Source: Snuella lapsa (GTDB lineage Bacteria; Bacteroidota; Bacteroidia; Flavobacteriales; Flavobacteriaceae). From it: a stretch of DNA of 64,000 bases. The translations under genes and the position numbers were made by a program. Positions 29,546 through 39,279 of the stretch are shown here, in pieces. Positions within the stretch are counted from its first letter, which is position 1, and each line of letters begins with the position of its first letter. The notes beneath the pieces are model-generated. The model did not search any database, was not told the DNA's origin, and saw only the letters and a list, made by a program, of their open reading frames with translations. Location: assembly GCF_039539345.1 (NCBI RefSeq), contig NZ_BAABCY010000086.1, positions 16,859 through 80,858 of the forward strand. The letters are read 5' to 3'.

Positions 29546-31579
29546 ATGCAAACAGAAACGCTTGTATACATTATATTAGCTGGAATTATTGCGCTTTTTT
29601 TAGCGCTTTTTCAGTATAAGTCAAAAAGAAAGAGCATGTCTAAACTGGACATGCTTTTTTCTTTCTTAAGGTTTGTAACCATATTTTCTGTACTGTTACT
29701 ACTTATAAATCCTAAGTTTAAACATTCAAGTCAAACTATAGAAAAACCAACATTGGTTATTGCTGTAGATAACTCTAGTTCTGTTAAGTATTTAAATAAA
29801 GATAAAGAGGTTCAAGACTTAGCAAATCAGCTCTTAAGTGATCAAAAACTACAGGGCAAGTTCAATATAGAGGCCTATTCCTTTGGAGAGTCGGTAAACA
29901 AGTTGGATACCATTTCTTTTTCTGGAAAGCAAACCAATATAGATAGAGTATTTAAACAGTTCTCTCAAATATACAAGCAAGCAACAGCCCCTACAATCCT
30001 TATAACCGATGGAAATCAAACTTATGGTAACGATTATTTGTTTACTTCATCACATTACAAACAACCTATTTATCCAATAATATTAGGAGATACCGTTACG
30101 TACACCGATTTAAAAATTCAACAGTTAAACGTTAATAAATATGCATACTTGAAAAACAAATTTCCAGTTGAAGCCATTTTGGTATTCAATGGAAATAAAT
30201 CTATCAATTCACGGTTTGTTGTTACCAATGGTAATACAACTGTTTATTCAGAACCCGTGAGTTTTTCAAAAAATAACAATTCAAGAATTATAAATTTTAC
30301 GCTACCAGCCAATAAAGTAGGTGTTGGTAGCTACAAGGCAACGATCCAGCCCATAGATAATGAAAAAAATACGATTAACAATTCTAAGAATTTTGCTGTT
30401 GAAGTTATTGATCAAAAAACAAAAATAGCCATAGTTAGTGATTTTCCCCATCCCGATTTAGGTGTATTAAAAAGAAGTATAGAAAGTAACGAACAGCGCA
30501 TAGTAACTTTTTTAAATCCTAAAGAAGCAATTGATAGGTTGGAAGATTTTCAGTTGATTATACTCAACCAACCAAATAATAAATTTAAACAAGTTTACAA
30601 TGTCTTAAATGAGCAAAACAAAAACCGACTTGTTATTGTTGGAACGAAAACGGATTTAAGGTTTTTAAACACTATTGGAAATAACTACACTTTTGAAATT
30701 ACCAACCAAGAAGAAGATTATCAAGCAGAATTAAACCTGAATTATGCACCCTTTATTATTGACGATATAGATTTTGAGTCGTTTCCTCCTTTAAAATCTA
30801 ATTATGGAGCTGTTACTTTTTCCGTTCCTTATCAAACTATTTTAAATAAACGTGTAAATAATGTGCCTGTTAACGCGCCATTACTAGCTACTTTCGAAAT
30901 GAATTCGAAAAGGGAAGCGGTTCTATTTGGTGAAAGCATTTGGCAATGGAGAGCCCAGAGTTTTTTAAATTCTAATACATTTAACCTATTCGATGATTTT
31001 ATTGGTAAACTAGTACAATACTTAGCTTCAAACAAAAGAAGGGATCGCTTGAGTCTTGAATACGAATCATTTTATACTGGAAGTAGTAAAATAGAAATTA
31101 AAGCACAAGTCTTCGATAATAACTATGTGTTCGATTCGAGAGAAACACTCAATATAATTGTAACAGATAAACTTTCAGGTCAAGAAAAACAGTTCCCGCT
31201 CATATTGAAGAACAATTATTATGTAGCAGATTTAAGTAATTTGCCACCATCAGAATATAGCTTTACCATTAGTGCGGTTAATGAAAATATTTCGAAATCT
31301 GGAAATTTTCAGATTTTGGAATACAATGTCGAACAACAATTCTTAAATGCCAATGTAACAAAATTAGAGCAATTGGCTACTAATAGCAATGGCAAGAGCT
31401 TTTTTGTTTCCGATACAAAAAACCTCGTTAACGAAATTTTAAATGACGATCGCTTTGTGGCAATTCAAAAGGTCAACAAAAATGTCATACCTTTGGTTGA
31501 CTGGAAATATTTACTTGCTTTAATAGCTTTAAGTCTAACAGTCGAGTGGTTTCTGAGAAAATACAATGGATTAATTTAA
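29546..31579 (+). CDS. Membrane-anchored von Willebrand factor A (vWA)-like protein
   Basis: N-terminal TM helices; MIDAS-like VIAVDNSSSV (DxSxS); C-terminal TM segment; 677 aa. Confidence 0.5.
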   Translation: MQTETLVYIILAGIIALFLALFQYKSKRKSMSKLDMLFSFLRFVTIFSVLLLLINPKFKHSSQTIEKPTLVIAVDNSSSVKYLNKDKEVQDLANQLLSDQKLQGKFNIEAYSFGESVNKLDTISFSGKQTNIDRVFKQFSQIYKQATAPTILITDGNQTYGNDYLFTSSHYKQPIYPIILGDTVTYTDLKIQQLNVNKYAYLKNKFPVEAILVFNGNKSINSRFVVTNGNTTVYSEPVSFSKNNNSRIINFTLPANKVGVGSYKATIQPIDNEKNTINNSKNFAVEVIDQKTKIAIVSDFPHPDLGVLKRSIESNEQRIVTFLNPKEAIDRLEDFQLIILNQPNNKFKQVYNVLNEQNKNRLVIVGTKTDLRFLNTIGNNYTFEITNQEEDYQAELNLNYAPFIIDDIDFESFPPLKSNYGAVTFSVPYQTILNKRVNNVPVNAPLLATFEMNSKREAVLFGESIWQWRAQSFLNSNTFNLFDDFIGKLVQYLASNKRRDRLSLEYESFYTGSSKIEIKAQVFDNNYVFDSRETLNIIVTDKLSGQEKQFPLILKNNYYVADLSNLPPSEYSFTISAVNENISKSGNFQILEYNVEQQFLNANVTKLEQLATNSNGKSFFVSDTKNLVNEILNDDRFVAIQKVNKNVIPLVDWKYLLALIALSLTVEWFLRKYNGLI

Positions 31580-31592
31580 TATATAATAACTA

Positions 31593-32408
31593 ATGGAAAA
31601 ATTACCAAAAATTGCTTTGCCTTTCGTTTTTGTAGGCATCATATTAATAATAGTACTTGCTAAATCTGCTGTTACCATCGATGCTGGTCATGCAGGTGTT
31701 TTATATGAAACATTAAAAAATGGTGTGGATTCAGATAAAGAACCCCTAGGGCCGGGTTTTCATATTATAGCACCATGGAACCGTGTGATTGATTACGAAA
31801 CACGTCAGCAAGAAATTCCGGAAAAAATGTCTGTGTTATCATCAAATGGTTTGGACATTCAATTGGATGCCTCTGTTTTATACGAGCCAGACGTAAAGAA
31901 TCTTGGAAAGTTGCATAACGAAAAAGGGGAGAACTATTTAAAAAGGGTTTTACAACCAGCCGTTAGAAGTGCGGCTAGAAGTGTTGTAGGGCGCTATACG
32001 CCAGAGCAATTGTATTCGAGCAAGCGAGATGCTATTCAGGAAGAGATATTTTTGGAGACTAAAAAAATCGTTGAGAGCCAATACATCCAGTTAAACAGTA
32101 TTTTAATTAGAGATGTAACCTTACCTCCTACAATTAAGGATGCTATTGAGCGGAAGTTAAAACAAGAGCAGGAATCCTTAGAATATGAGTTTAGGTTAGT
32201 TACGGCCGAAAAAGAAGCCCAAAGACAACGCATTGAAGCGCAAGGGAAAGCCGATGCCAATAAAATTTTAAGTGCATCCTTAACAGATAAAATCCTTCAG
32301 GATAAAGGTATTGAAGCAACTATAAAATTATCAGAATCACCAAATAGTAAGGTTGTTGTTATTGGATCTGGGGATACCGGCATGCCAATAATTCTAGGAA
32401 ATCAATAA
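31593..32408 (+). CDS. SPFH/band-7 (stomatin/prohibitin/HflK-C-like) domain protein
   Basis: N-terminal TM helix and SPFH domain, coiled-coil C-terminus. Confidence 0.7.
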   Translation: MEKLPKIALPFVFVGIILIIVLAKSAVTIDAGHAGVLYETLKNGVDSDKEPLGPGFHIIAPWNRVIDYETRQQEIPEKMSVLSSNGLDIQLDASVLYEPDVKNLGKLHNEKGENYLKRVLQPAVRSAARSVVGRYTPEQLYSSKRDAIQEEIFLETKKIVESQYIQLNSILIRDVTLPPTIKDAIERKLKQEQESLEYEFRLVTAEKEAQRQRIEAQGKADANKILSASLTDKILQDKGIEATIKLSESPNSKVVVIGSGDTGMPIILGNQ

Positions 32409-32431
32409 ATATAAAAGGTAAAAGGCATATC

Positions 32432-33256
32432 GTGTTGAATATAAAAACTATGATCTGGCAGCCTTTTCCTTTATTAGACAAAAACTGGCAAAAACTTTTT
32501 CTTATTAGTTTTTGCTTTGTTTTTAGTGTGGTTTTTTTAAACCTTTTTGTTCCCTTTAATATCAATTTATGGGAAGATGATGAGGGTATTGCGCAATTTT
32601 TGAGGCTATCAAAGTTTGCCGCCATAGGTATTTTAGTTTTGGCCTTTTCGCAGTTTGCGTTACGTAAACTATTTAAAATTTCAAGCTTTAAGTTTGTTGA
32701 ATTTATTGGTTGGGTAATATTGGAGATGGTGTTGATCGCTTTGGTCTTGTCTGCTTTCTACCTATATGATGGAATATCTTTTTGGTTATTTTTTTTAGAA
32801 TGCATCCGTTATGCAGCATTGGTTGTTTTAATTCCTTATTCTGTAGCACTACTTATAATTTATGTATTTCTGTTAAAGAATAATAACAATGCCAATGCGA
32901 GTGCATCACTACCTACAGATTTAATAGGAATACCCGATGGAAACAACCTAGTTAAGTTATCTGTGCCAATAAATAATCTATTGTATTTTGAGTCGGCAGA
33001 TAACTATGTGGTAGTTCAATATCTTGATGAAGGAAAAGCAAAGAAAAAACTTATTCGTAATACGCTTAAAAACTTAGAAAACACACTGGATAACTCTGTC
33101 ATAAAAAGGTGCCATCGTTCTTTTATTGTTAATGTAAAAAGCATCAAATTAATCGAAAAAGTTTCAGGTAAGTTTTTCATTCATATAAAAAACAATGAGA
33201 AACCCATCCCTATATCTACCAATTACATCCCACAGTTTAAAGATTATATTTCTTAA
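32432..33256 (+). CDS. Membrane-bound LytTR-family DNA-binding protein
   Basis: About 4 N-terminal TM helices plus C-terminal LytTR domain (LLYFESADNYVVVQY...RCHRSFIVN). Confidence 0.7.
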   Translation: MLNIKTMIWQPFPLLDKNWQKLFLISFCFVFSVVFLNLFVPFNINLWEDDEGIAQFLRLSKFAAIGILVLAFSQFALRKLFKISSFKFVEFIGWVILEMVLIALVLSAFYLYDGISFWLFFLECIRYAALVVLIPYSVALLIIYVFLLKNNNNANASASLPTDLIGIPDGNNLVKLSVPINNLLYFESADNYVVVQYLDEGKAKKKLIRNTLKNLENTLDNSVIKRCHRSFIVNVKSIKLIEKVSGKFFIHIKNNEKPIPISTNYIPQFKDYIS

Positions 33257-33373
33257 GACATTCTATTCATCCCATAATGGGCTTCTTTGTCCCTATTTTT
33301 TTACGTAACGATTTGATCTACATAATTTTGTTGAAAATAAAAAATCAATGTATAATTTAATTTAGTTTTAATT

Positions 33374-33745
33374 ATGAAGAAAAATCTAGTCGTATTAGTA
33401 GTAGTAGTTTTAGCATTTTGTTTTAAGACAAACGCCCAAGAGTCTATAAAAAACTTTAAAGGTACCTGGGAGTATGAGTGCAACGAAGCACCTTATGGAT
33501 ACAATTCTGGAAAAATAGTTGTTGAACAAAAAAAGGACAGACCTGTCGTTAAGGTAATCTATGAAGATGGAGGTGAAAATACAGCCGAATCTATTAAAGT
33601 CAAGAATGGTGTGTTGTACTTTAATATAAATGTAGAAGATAGCTTTGTTAAAGTGCAATTACAAAAGGATGGTACGAAAATAAAAGGCAAAGCCATTAAC
33701 GGTTACGGAGAAGAATTGAGGATAACCGCCGTGCAGAAAAAATAG
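33374..33745 (+). CDS. Hypothetical secreted protein
   Basis: Signal peptide (VLAFCFKTNAQE). Confidence 0.45.
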   Translation: MKKNLVVLVVVVLAFCFKTNAQESIKNFKGTWEYECNEAPYGYNSGKIVVEQKKDRPVVKVIYEDGGENTAESIKVKNGVLYFNINVEDSFVKVQLQKDGTKIKGKAINGYGEELRITAVQKK

Positions 33746-33792
33746 CCTAAAATTATAGGCAGTCTGTTTAATTTTATTAGTTAGTTTATAAA

Positions 33793-33828
33793 ATATCCAA
33801 ATCGAGGTGTGCTCGTTTGGATATTTTT
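33793..33828 (+). terminator. Intrinsic terminator (atatccaaa/tttggatat + T-run)
   Basis: 9-bp perfect stem followed by TTTTT. Confidence 0.65.
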
Positions 33829-33913
33829 AATTGAATGGATTATTGGTTTGAGAAGTATTAAAAAAATAGGCTTAAAAATTAATAATGTTAAAATAGTTAA
33901 AAAATGTCCCTAT

Positions 33914-33921
33914 TATATTTG
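33914..33921 (+). promoter_or_regulatory. Candidate Bacteroidota -7 promoter box (TAtaTTTG) for the his leader transcript
   Basis: Matches the TAnnTTTG consensus about 48 nt upstream of the leader ATG. Confidence 0.3.
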
Positions 33922-33968
33922 GAGATATTTGTTTTAATTACTGATATTTGTAGAAACAATAGGTAAAC

Positions 33969-34025
33969 ATGAATTTTATTCAATTTCATCATCATCATTT
34001 TCAAATTTGCTCTCAAGCGAAGTGA
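33969..34025 (+). CDS. hisL: his operon leader peptide (MNFIQFHHHHFQICSQAK)
   Basis: 18-codon ORF with four consecutive CAT His codons immediately upstream of a terminator hairpin and hisG. Confidence 0.7.
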   Translation: MNFIQFHHHHFQICSQAK

Positions 34026-34055
34026 AGGTGTGTTGAATAAAGTCAAGATATTTTT

Positions 34056-34090
34056 AAACCCGTTTGAGACAATCAAGCGGGTTTTTTATT
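34056..34090 (+). terminator. his attenuator terminator (12-bp stem aaacccgtttga / tcaagcgggttt, loop gacaa, U-run)
   Basis: Strong hairpin plus T-run between the leader peptide and hisG. Confidence 0.7.
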
Positions 34091-34135
34091 TAAAAACTTA
34101 AGTAGATTGTTTCAAACTCATAACGAATAATAAAA

Positions 34136-34993
34136 ATGAGTAAACTAAGAATTGCTGTACAAAAATCGGGTCGATTAAACGAAGACTCAATGAAAATCCT
34201 AAAGGATATAGGGATTTCTATCGATAATGGGAAGGATCAATTAAAGGCATCAGCCAGGAATTTTCCAGTAGAAGTATTCTATTTAAGGAATGGCGATATT
34301 CCGCAATATTTAAAAGATGGTGTTGTAGATGTTGCCATTATCGGAGAAAATGTATTAATAGAAAAGGGGAAGGATATAAGAGTTGCTGAAAAACTAGGAT
34401 TTTCTGCTTGTCGCGTGTGTATTGCCGTCCCAAAGTCCCATAATTATAACACTATAAAAGATCTGGAGGGAAAGCGTATAGCTACATCATATCCTAATAC
34501 CGTTCAAGATTATTTAGATAAAAATGGTGTGAAATCGAATTTGCATATTATTAATGGTTCTGTTGAAATCGCTCCAAATATTGGACTGGCAGATGCTATT
34601 TGTGATATTGTATCTAGCGGAAGCACGCTGTTTAAAAACAATTTAAAAGAAGTTGAAACGATCTTAAAATCGGAGGCGGTACTAGCGGTTTCACCAGTGC
34701 TTTCAAAAGAAAAAGAAGCTATTCTTAGTAAAATCCAGTTTAGGATTCAGTCGGTCTTAAAAGGCAGACAATCAAAATATATATTGCTTAATGCTCCAAA
34801 CGATAAATTACAGGACATTATAAATGTGTTACCAGGAATGAAAAGTCCAACTGTGTTGCCTTTGGCAGAGGAGGGGTGGAGCTCAGTACATTCTGTAATA
34901 AGTAAGAACGAATTTTGGGACGTTATTGACGAACTAAAAAATAACGGCGCCCAAGGAATTTTGGTATGTCCTATTGAGAAGATGGTATTATAG
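34136..34993 (+). CDS. hisG: ATP phosphoribosyltransferase (long form)
   Basis: 285 aa HisG with C-terminal regulatory domain. Confidence 0.9.
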   Translation: MSKLRIAVQKSGRLNEDSMKILKDIGISIDNGKDQLKASARNFPVEVFYLRNGDIPQYLKDGVVDVAIIGENVLIEKGKDIRVAEKLGFSACRVCIAVPKSHNYNTIKDLEGKRIATSYPNTVQDYLDKNGVKSNLHIINGSVEIAPNIGLADAICDIVSSGSTLFKNNLKEVETILKSEAVLAVSPVLSKEKEAILSKIQFRIQSVLKGRQSKYILLNAPNDKLQDIINVLPGMKSPTVLPLAEEGWSSVHSVISKNEFWDVIDELKNNGAQGILVCPIEKMVL

Positions 34994-36330
34994 TGTCTTT
35001 CAGATCCCGTGCATTTGGGAGAGAATCTCACTTAAAAAAGTTTAGTATGCAAATAATTGATAATCCAAATAAAGAAAACTGGTCAGAAGTCCTAAAAAGA
35101 CCCACACAAACGGTAAAGGACATTGAAGCTACTGTAAATCAGATTTTTGAAGAAGTTCTTACTGAGGGTGATGTGGCCATAAAAAACTATACAGCGCGTT
35201 TTGATGGCGTTGATCTGGTATCCAATATAGTTTCTAACGATGAGTTGCAGGAGGCCATAGCCAAAGTGCCAGCAAAGCTACAAGAAGCTATTAAATTAGC
35301 TAAAAGCAATATTGAAGCGTTCCATAAAGCCCAAAAAACCACTAGAGTAGAAGTGCAGACTACTAATGGTGTAGCTTGTTGGCAAGAAAAGCGTGCTATA
35401 GAAAAAGTAGGCTTGTACATTCCAGGAGGTACGGCACCTTTATTTTCTACAGTTTTAATGTTGGCTGTGCCTGCGCAAATTGCAGGATGCAAAGAGATCG
35501 TTTTGTGTTCCCCACCAAGCAAGAATGGTTCTTTGGCTCCAGAAATACTTTTTGCAGCGCAACTTTGTGGAGTAACCAAGATTATCAAGGTAGGGGGGAT
35601 TCAAGCCATTGCCGGACTAACTTTTGGAACAGCAACCATACCTCAAGTATATAAAATATTTGGCCCCGGAAACCAATATGTAACTGTTGCCAAACAACTA
35701 GCTACGAAACATGGCGTAGCAATAGATATGCCCGCTGGACCAAGTGAGTTGTTGGTGGTTGCCGATAACACAGCTAACCCTGCTTACATTGCTTCAGATT
35801 TATTGAGTCAGGCAGAGCACGGAATCGATAGTCAGGTTATCTTAGTATCTACTTCTAAATCGTTAATAAATGAGGTTTCCGAAGCAATTGAAGAACAAAT
35901 ACAGGCGCTACCCAGACAGGCTATAGCAGAAAAAGCAATGGCAAACTCGAAAGGTATTCTCGTAAAAGATGATGCAACCGCTTTAGAGTTAATAAACGAG
36001 TACGGGCCAGAACATTTTATTGTATGTGTAGAGAACGAAGCATTTTATGTTGATGGCATAAGAAATGCAGGATCGGTGTTTATTGGAGACTTTACACCTG
36101 AGAGTGCTGGCGATTATGCCTCTGGAACAAATCACACATTACCAACCAATGGTTTTTCAAAAGCTTATTCGGGCGTGAATTTAGATAGCTTTTCTAAGAG
36201 CATGACTTTTCAGAAAATATCGAGGGAAGGCCTTTTAAATATAGGTGAGACCATCGAACTTATGGCAGAAGCTGAAGGCTTACAAGCACATAAAAATGCA
36301 GTATCCATTCGATTAAAGGATTTGCAATAA
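34993..36330 (+). CDS. hisD: Histidinol dehydrogenase (GTG start overlapping the hisG stop; alternative ATG at 35047)
   Basis: HisD signatures and size. Confidence 0.85.
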   Translation: MSFRSRAFGRESHLKKFSMQIIDNPNKENWSEVLKRPTQTVKDIEATVNQIFEEVLTEGDVAIKNYTARFDGVDLVSNIVSNDELQEAIAKVPAKLQEAIKLAKSNIEAFHKAQKTTRVEVQTTNGVACWQEKRAIEKVGLYIPGGTAPLFSTVLMLAVPAQIAGCKEIVLCSPPSKNGSLAPEILFAAQLCGVTKIIKVGGIQAIAGLTFGTATIPQVYKIFGPGNQYVTVAKQLATKHGVAIDMPAGPSELLVVADNTANPAYIASDLLSQAEHGIDSQVILVSTSKSLINEVSEAIEEQIQALPRQAIAEKAMANSKGILVKDDATALELINEYGPEHFIVCVENEAFYVDGIRNAGSVFIGDFTPESAGDYASGTNHTLPTNGFSKAYSGVNLDSFSKSMTFQKISREGLLNIGETIELMAEAEGLQAHKNAVSIRLKDLQ

Positions 36331-36347
36331 TTTGATCCCAAAGTAAA

Positions 36348-37406
36348 ATGAAAACAACAAAAATAAATATAGACAGTTTAATAAGGCCAACCATTAAGGC
36401 CTTAAAACCTTATTCTTCGGCGCGTGATGAATTTCAAGGAGTTAGTGATCCCATGGTATTTTTGGACGCCAATGAAAATCCGTTTTATAATGGTGTAAAC
36501 CGTTATCCAGATCCCAAACAAAGAACAGTAAAGTCAATGCTTTCAGAAATTAAAGGAATTCCTGTAGAGAATATACTTTTGGGGAACGGAAGCGACGAAG
36601 TATTGGATCTTATTTTTAGAGTGTTTTGTGAGCCTAATCAAGATAATATCCTCATTTTGCCTCCAACCTATGGGATGTACGAAGTGCTGGCTAATTTGAA
36701 TGCAGTCGAAATCAAAAAGATACAATTAACGGATGATTTTCAACCAGACGTTGAGGGTATTTTAAGTCAAGTGGACGAAAACAGCAAATTACTGTTTTTA
36801 TGTTCTCCAAACAACCCGACGGGAAATAGCTTTGCCCAAAAGTCCATAGCAGAATTAGTAAGCAATTTTAATGGCATTGTAGTTATAGATGAAGCCTACA
36901 TCGATTTTTCAAATCAGATAAGTTGGTCTACACGTTTAGAAGATTTTCCTAATTTAATTGTTACCCAAACACTATCTAAGGCTTATGGAATGGCGGGAAT
37001 TCGTTTAGGTATTTGTTATGCTTCAACGCAAATAATCAATGTGCTAAATGCTATTAAACCACCGTATAATGTTAACGAACTAACACAACAAAGAGCTATA
37101 GAACAGTTAAGTAGTATGGAAGTTACGGCAAATCAAATTAAAACCATTTTAGAGGAACGCAAAAAGCTAATATCAGAAGTTAAAACGATGGATTATGTTT
37201 TAAAGATTTACCCTTCTGACGCTAACTTTATTTTGATAAAAGTAGATGATGCGAATAAACGATACGATCAGCTCATAGAAAAAGGTATTGTGGTACGAAA
37301 CAGGACCAAGCAGCTAGGGTGCGATAATTGCTTAAGGCTCACTGTAGGAACACCTGAGGAGAATGAAATATTAATAAAAACACTTTTGTTAATTTCGGAA
37401 TCCTGA
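36348..37406 (+). CDS. hisC: Histidinol-phosphate aminotransferase
   Basis: Class II aminotransferase, 352 aa, with the PLP-lysine region. Confidence 0.85.
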   Translation: MKTTKINIDSLIRPTIKALKPYSSARDEFQGVSDPMVFLDANENPFYNGVNRYPDPKQRTVKSMLSEIKGIPVENILLGNGSDEVLDLIFRVFCEPNQDNILILPPTYGMYEVLANLNAVEIKKIQLTDDFQPDVEGILSQVDENSKLLFLCSPNNPTGNSFAQKSIAELVSNFNGIVVIDEAYIDFSNQISWSTRLEDFPNLIVTQTLSKAYGMAGIRLGICYASTQIINVLNAIKPPYNVNELTQQRAIEQLSSMEVTANQIKTILEERKKLISEVKTMDYVLKIYPSDANFILIKVDDANKRYDQLIEKGIVVRNRTKQLGCDNCLRLTVGTPEENEILIKTLLLISES

Positions 37407-37499
37407 ACTTGTTTCAGGAGCTTTTAAATAAAACTGAATAATGATTTTAAACCAAAAATATTAAGTATAGATTAAACAGATTCTGAAACAAGTTCAGGA
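37401..37499. repeat. Inverted pair of 19-nt hairpin units (tcctgaacttgtttcagga ... ctgaaacaagttcagga) flanking a 63-nt AT-rich spacer between hisC and hisB
   Basis: 17-bp perfect inverse complementarity between 37401-37417 and 37483-37499; each arm is itself a 7-bp stem hairpin. Confidence 0.6.
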
Positions 37500-37515
37500 T
37501 AAATCACTACGTTAT

Positions 37516-38649
37516 ATGAAAAAAGTATTATTTATAGACCGGGACGGAACGATAATAAAAGAAACGGAAGACGAACAAATTGATTCTTTTGAAAAGCTTC
37601 AGTTTTATCCTAAGGTATTTCAATATTTAAGCAAGATAGCCAAAGAGCTGGATTATGAAATCGTTATGATAACCAATCAGGATGGATTGGGAACAGAAGT
37701 ATTCCCTGAAGATACCTTTTGGCCTGTGCACAATTTTATTATCAAATGCTTTAAGGATGAAGGCATCGTATTTAAAGAACAATTTATAGATAAAACGTTT
37801 GCTAGGGAAAATGCCCCTACCAGAAAGCCCAATACGGGGTTACTAACCCAATATTTTTCTGAAGATTACGATTTAGAAAATTCTTTTGTTATAGGTGATA
37901 GACTTACGGACGTTGAATTAGCCAAAAATCTTGGAGCAAAAGGTATATTTATTAACGATAACACGAACTTGGGCACGGACGAAACGACTGTAAAACATGA
38001 CGAATTGGAACCGTACATAGCCTTAGAAAGCAACGATTGGGAAAAGATATATGCTTTTTTAAAAGCTAAGGATCGTACCGGCGAAATTGTTAGAAACACA
38101 AATGAAACTAAAATAGCCATTAAGCTTAATTTGGATGGGACAGGAAACAGTAATATCCATACTGGATTGGCTTTTTTCGACCATATGCTTGACCAAATAG
38201 CGCGTCATGGCCAATTAGATTTAGATATAAAAGTAAACGGAGATCTGGAAGTAGACGAACACCATACGATTGAAGATACCGCTATTGCCTTAGGTGAATT
38301 ATTTAATACCGTTTTAGGTAACAAATTAGGAATCGAACGTTATGGTTTTAGCTTGCCAATGGACGACTGTTTTGCACAGGCTGCCATTGATTTTGGAGGA
38401 AGAAACTGGTTAGTGTGGGAAGCCGACTTTAAACGAGAAATGATAGGAAAAATGCCTACCGAAATGTTTTACCATTTCTTTAAGTCCTTTACCGATGGAG
38501 CCAAATGTAATTTAAATATTAAAGCCGAAGGTACTAATGAGCACCACAAAATAGAAGCTATTTTTAAAGCCTTTGCCAAAGCCATTAAAATGGCTGTAAA
38601 ACGCGATGTGGAAAAAATGATTTTACCATCAACGAAAGGTGTTTTATAA
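37516..38649 (+). CDS. hisB: Bifunctional histidinol-phosphatase / imidazoleglycerol-phosphate dehydratase
   Basis: HAD-like N-terminus (FIDRDGTI) plus IGPD C-terminus; 377 aa. Confidence 0.9.
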   Translation: MKKVLFIDRDGTIIKETEDEQIDSFEKLQFYPKVFQYLSKIAKELDYEIVMITNQDGLGTEVFPEDTFWPVHNFIIKCFKDEGIVFKEQFIDKTFARENAPTRKPNTGLLTQYFSEDYDLENSFVIGDRLTDVELAKNLGAKGIFINDNTNLGTDETTVKHDELEPYIALESNDWEKIYAFLKAKDRTGEIVRNTNETKIAIKLNLDGTGNSNIHTGLAFFDHMLDQIARHGQLDLDIKVNGDLEVDEHHTIEDTAIALGELFNTVLGNKLGIERYGFSLPMDDCFAQAAIDFGGRNWLVWEADFKREMIGKMPTEMFYHFFKSFTDGAKCNLNIKAEGTNEHHKIEAIFKAFAKAIKMAVKRDVEKMILPSTKGVL

Positions 38650-38697
38650 AAGAAAAAATAAAAATTTAAAGGGTACACTACCAATAATATTAGAAAA

Positions 38698-39279
38698 TTG
38701 AAATTAGTAATTATAGATTACGGAGCTGGAAACATAAAAAGTATTCAGTTTGCTTTTAAAAGACTTGGAGTCAATGCGGTTTTGTCTAAAGATCCAGAAG
38801 AAATTGCTGAGGCAGATAAGGTTATATTTCCAGGAGTAGGAGAAGCTAGTAGCGCTATGGAAATGTTAAAAGAGACAGGCTTGGATACCTTAATCCCTAA
38901 GCTAAAACAACCTGTACTTGGAATTTGTTTAGGAATGCAACTGCTATGTGAATTTACTGAAGAAGGAAATACAAAGGGATTAGGTGTTTTTAAAACAGTT
39001 GTTAAACGCTTTGATAATCGTGTAAAAGTGCCCCAGATGGGATGGAATGTGATAAAAGATTTAAAATCCAGACTGTTTAAGGGAATCAAGGAAAAGGAAT
39101 ACATGTATTTAGTGCATAGTTATTATGCAGACCATTGTCCAGAAACGATTGCAACAACCGATTACGATATTAATTATGCTTCTGCTTTACAACACAAAAA
39201 CTTTTATGGTGTGCAATTTCACCCAGAAAAGAGTAGCGTAGCAGGAGAAAGAATATTACAAAATTTTTTAGAATTATAG
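38698..39279 (+). CDS. hisH: Imidazole glycerol phosphate synthase, glutamine amidotransferase subunit
   Basis: Class I GATase triad (GICLGMQ ... H..E). Confidence 0.9.
   Translation: MKLVIIDYGAGNIKSIQFAFKRLGVNAVLSKDPEEIAEADKVIFPGVGEASSAMEMLKETGLDTLIPKLKQPVLGICLGMQLLCEFTEEGNTKGLGVFKTVVKRFDNRVKVPQMGWNVIKDLKSRLFKGIKEKEYMYLVHSYYADHCPETIATTDYDINYASALQHKNFYGVQFHPEKSSVAGERILQNFLEL

Noticed and set aside
34993-35046. N-terminal 18 codons of hisD as called in the track (MSFRSRAFGRESHLKKFS)
   Set aside because: Not rejected outright. A GTG start overlapping the hisG stop is plausible for translational coupling, but the internal ATG at 35047 (MQIIDNP) is an equally likely true start, and sequence alone cannot decide.
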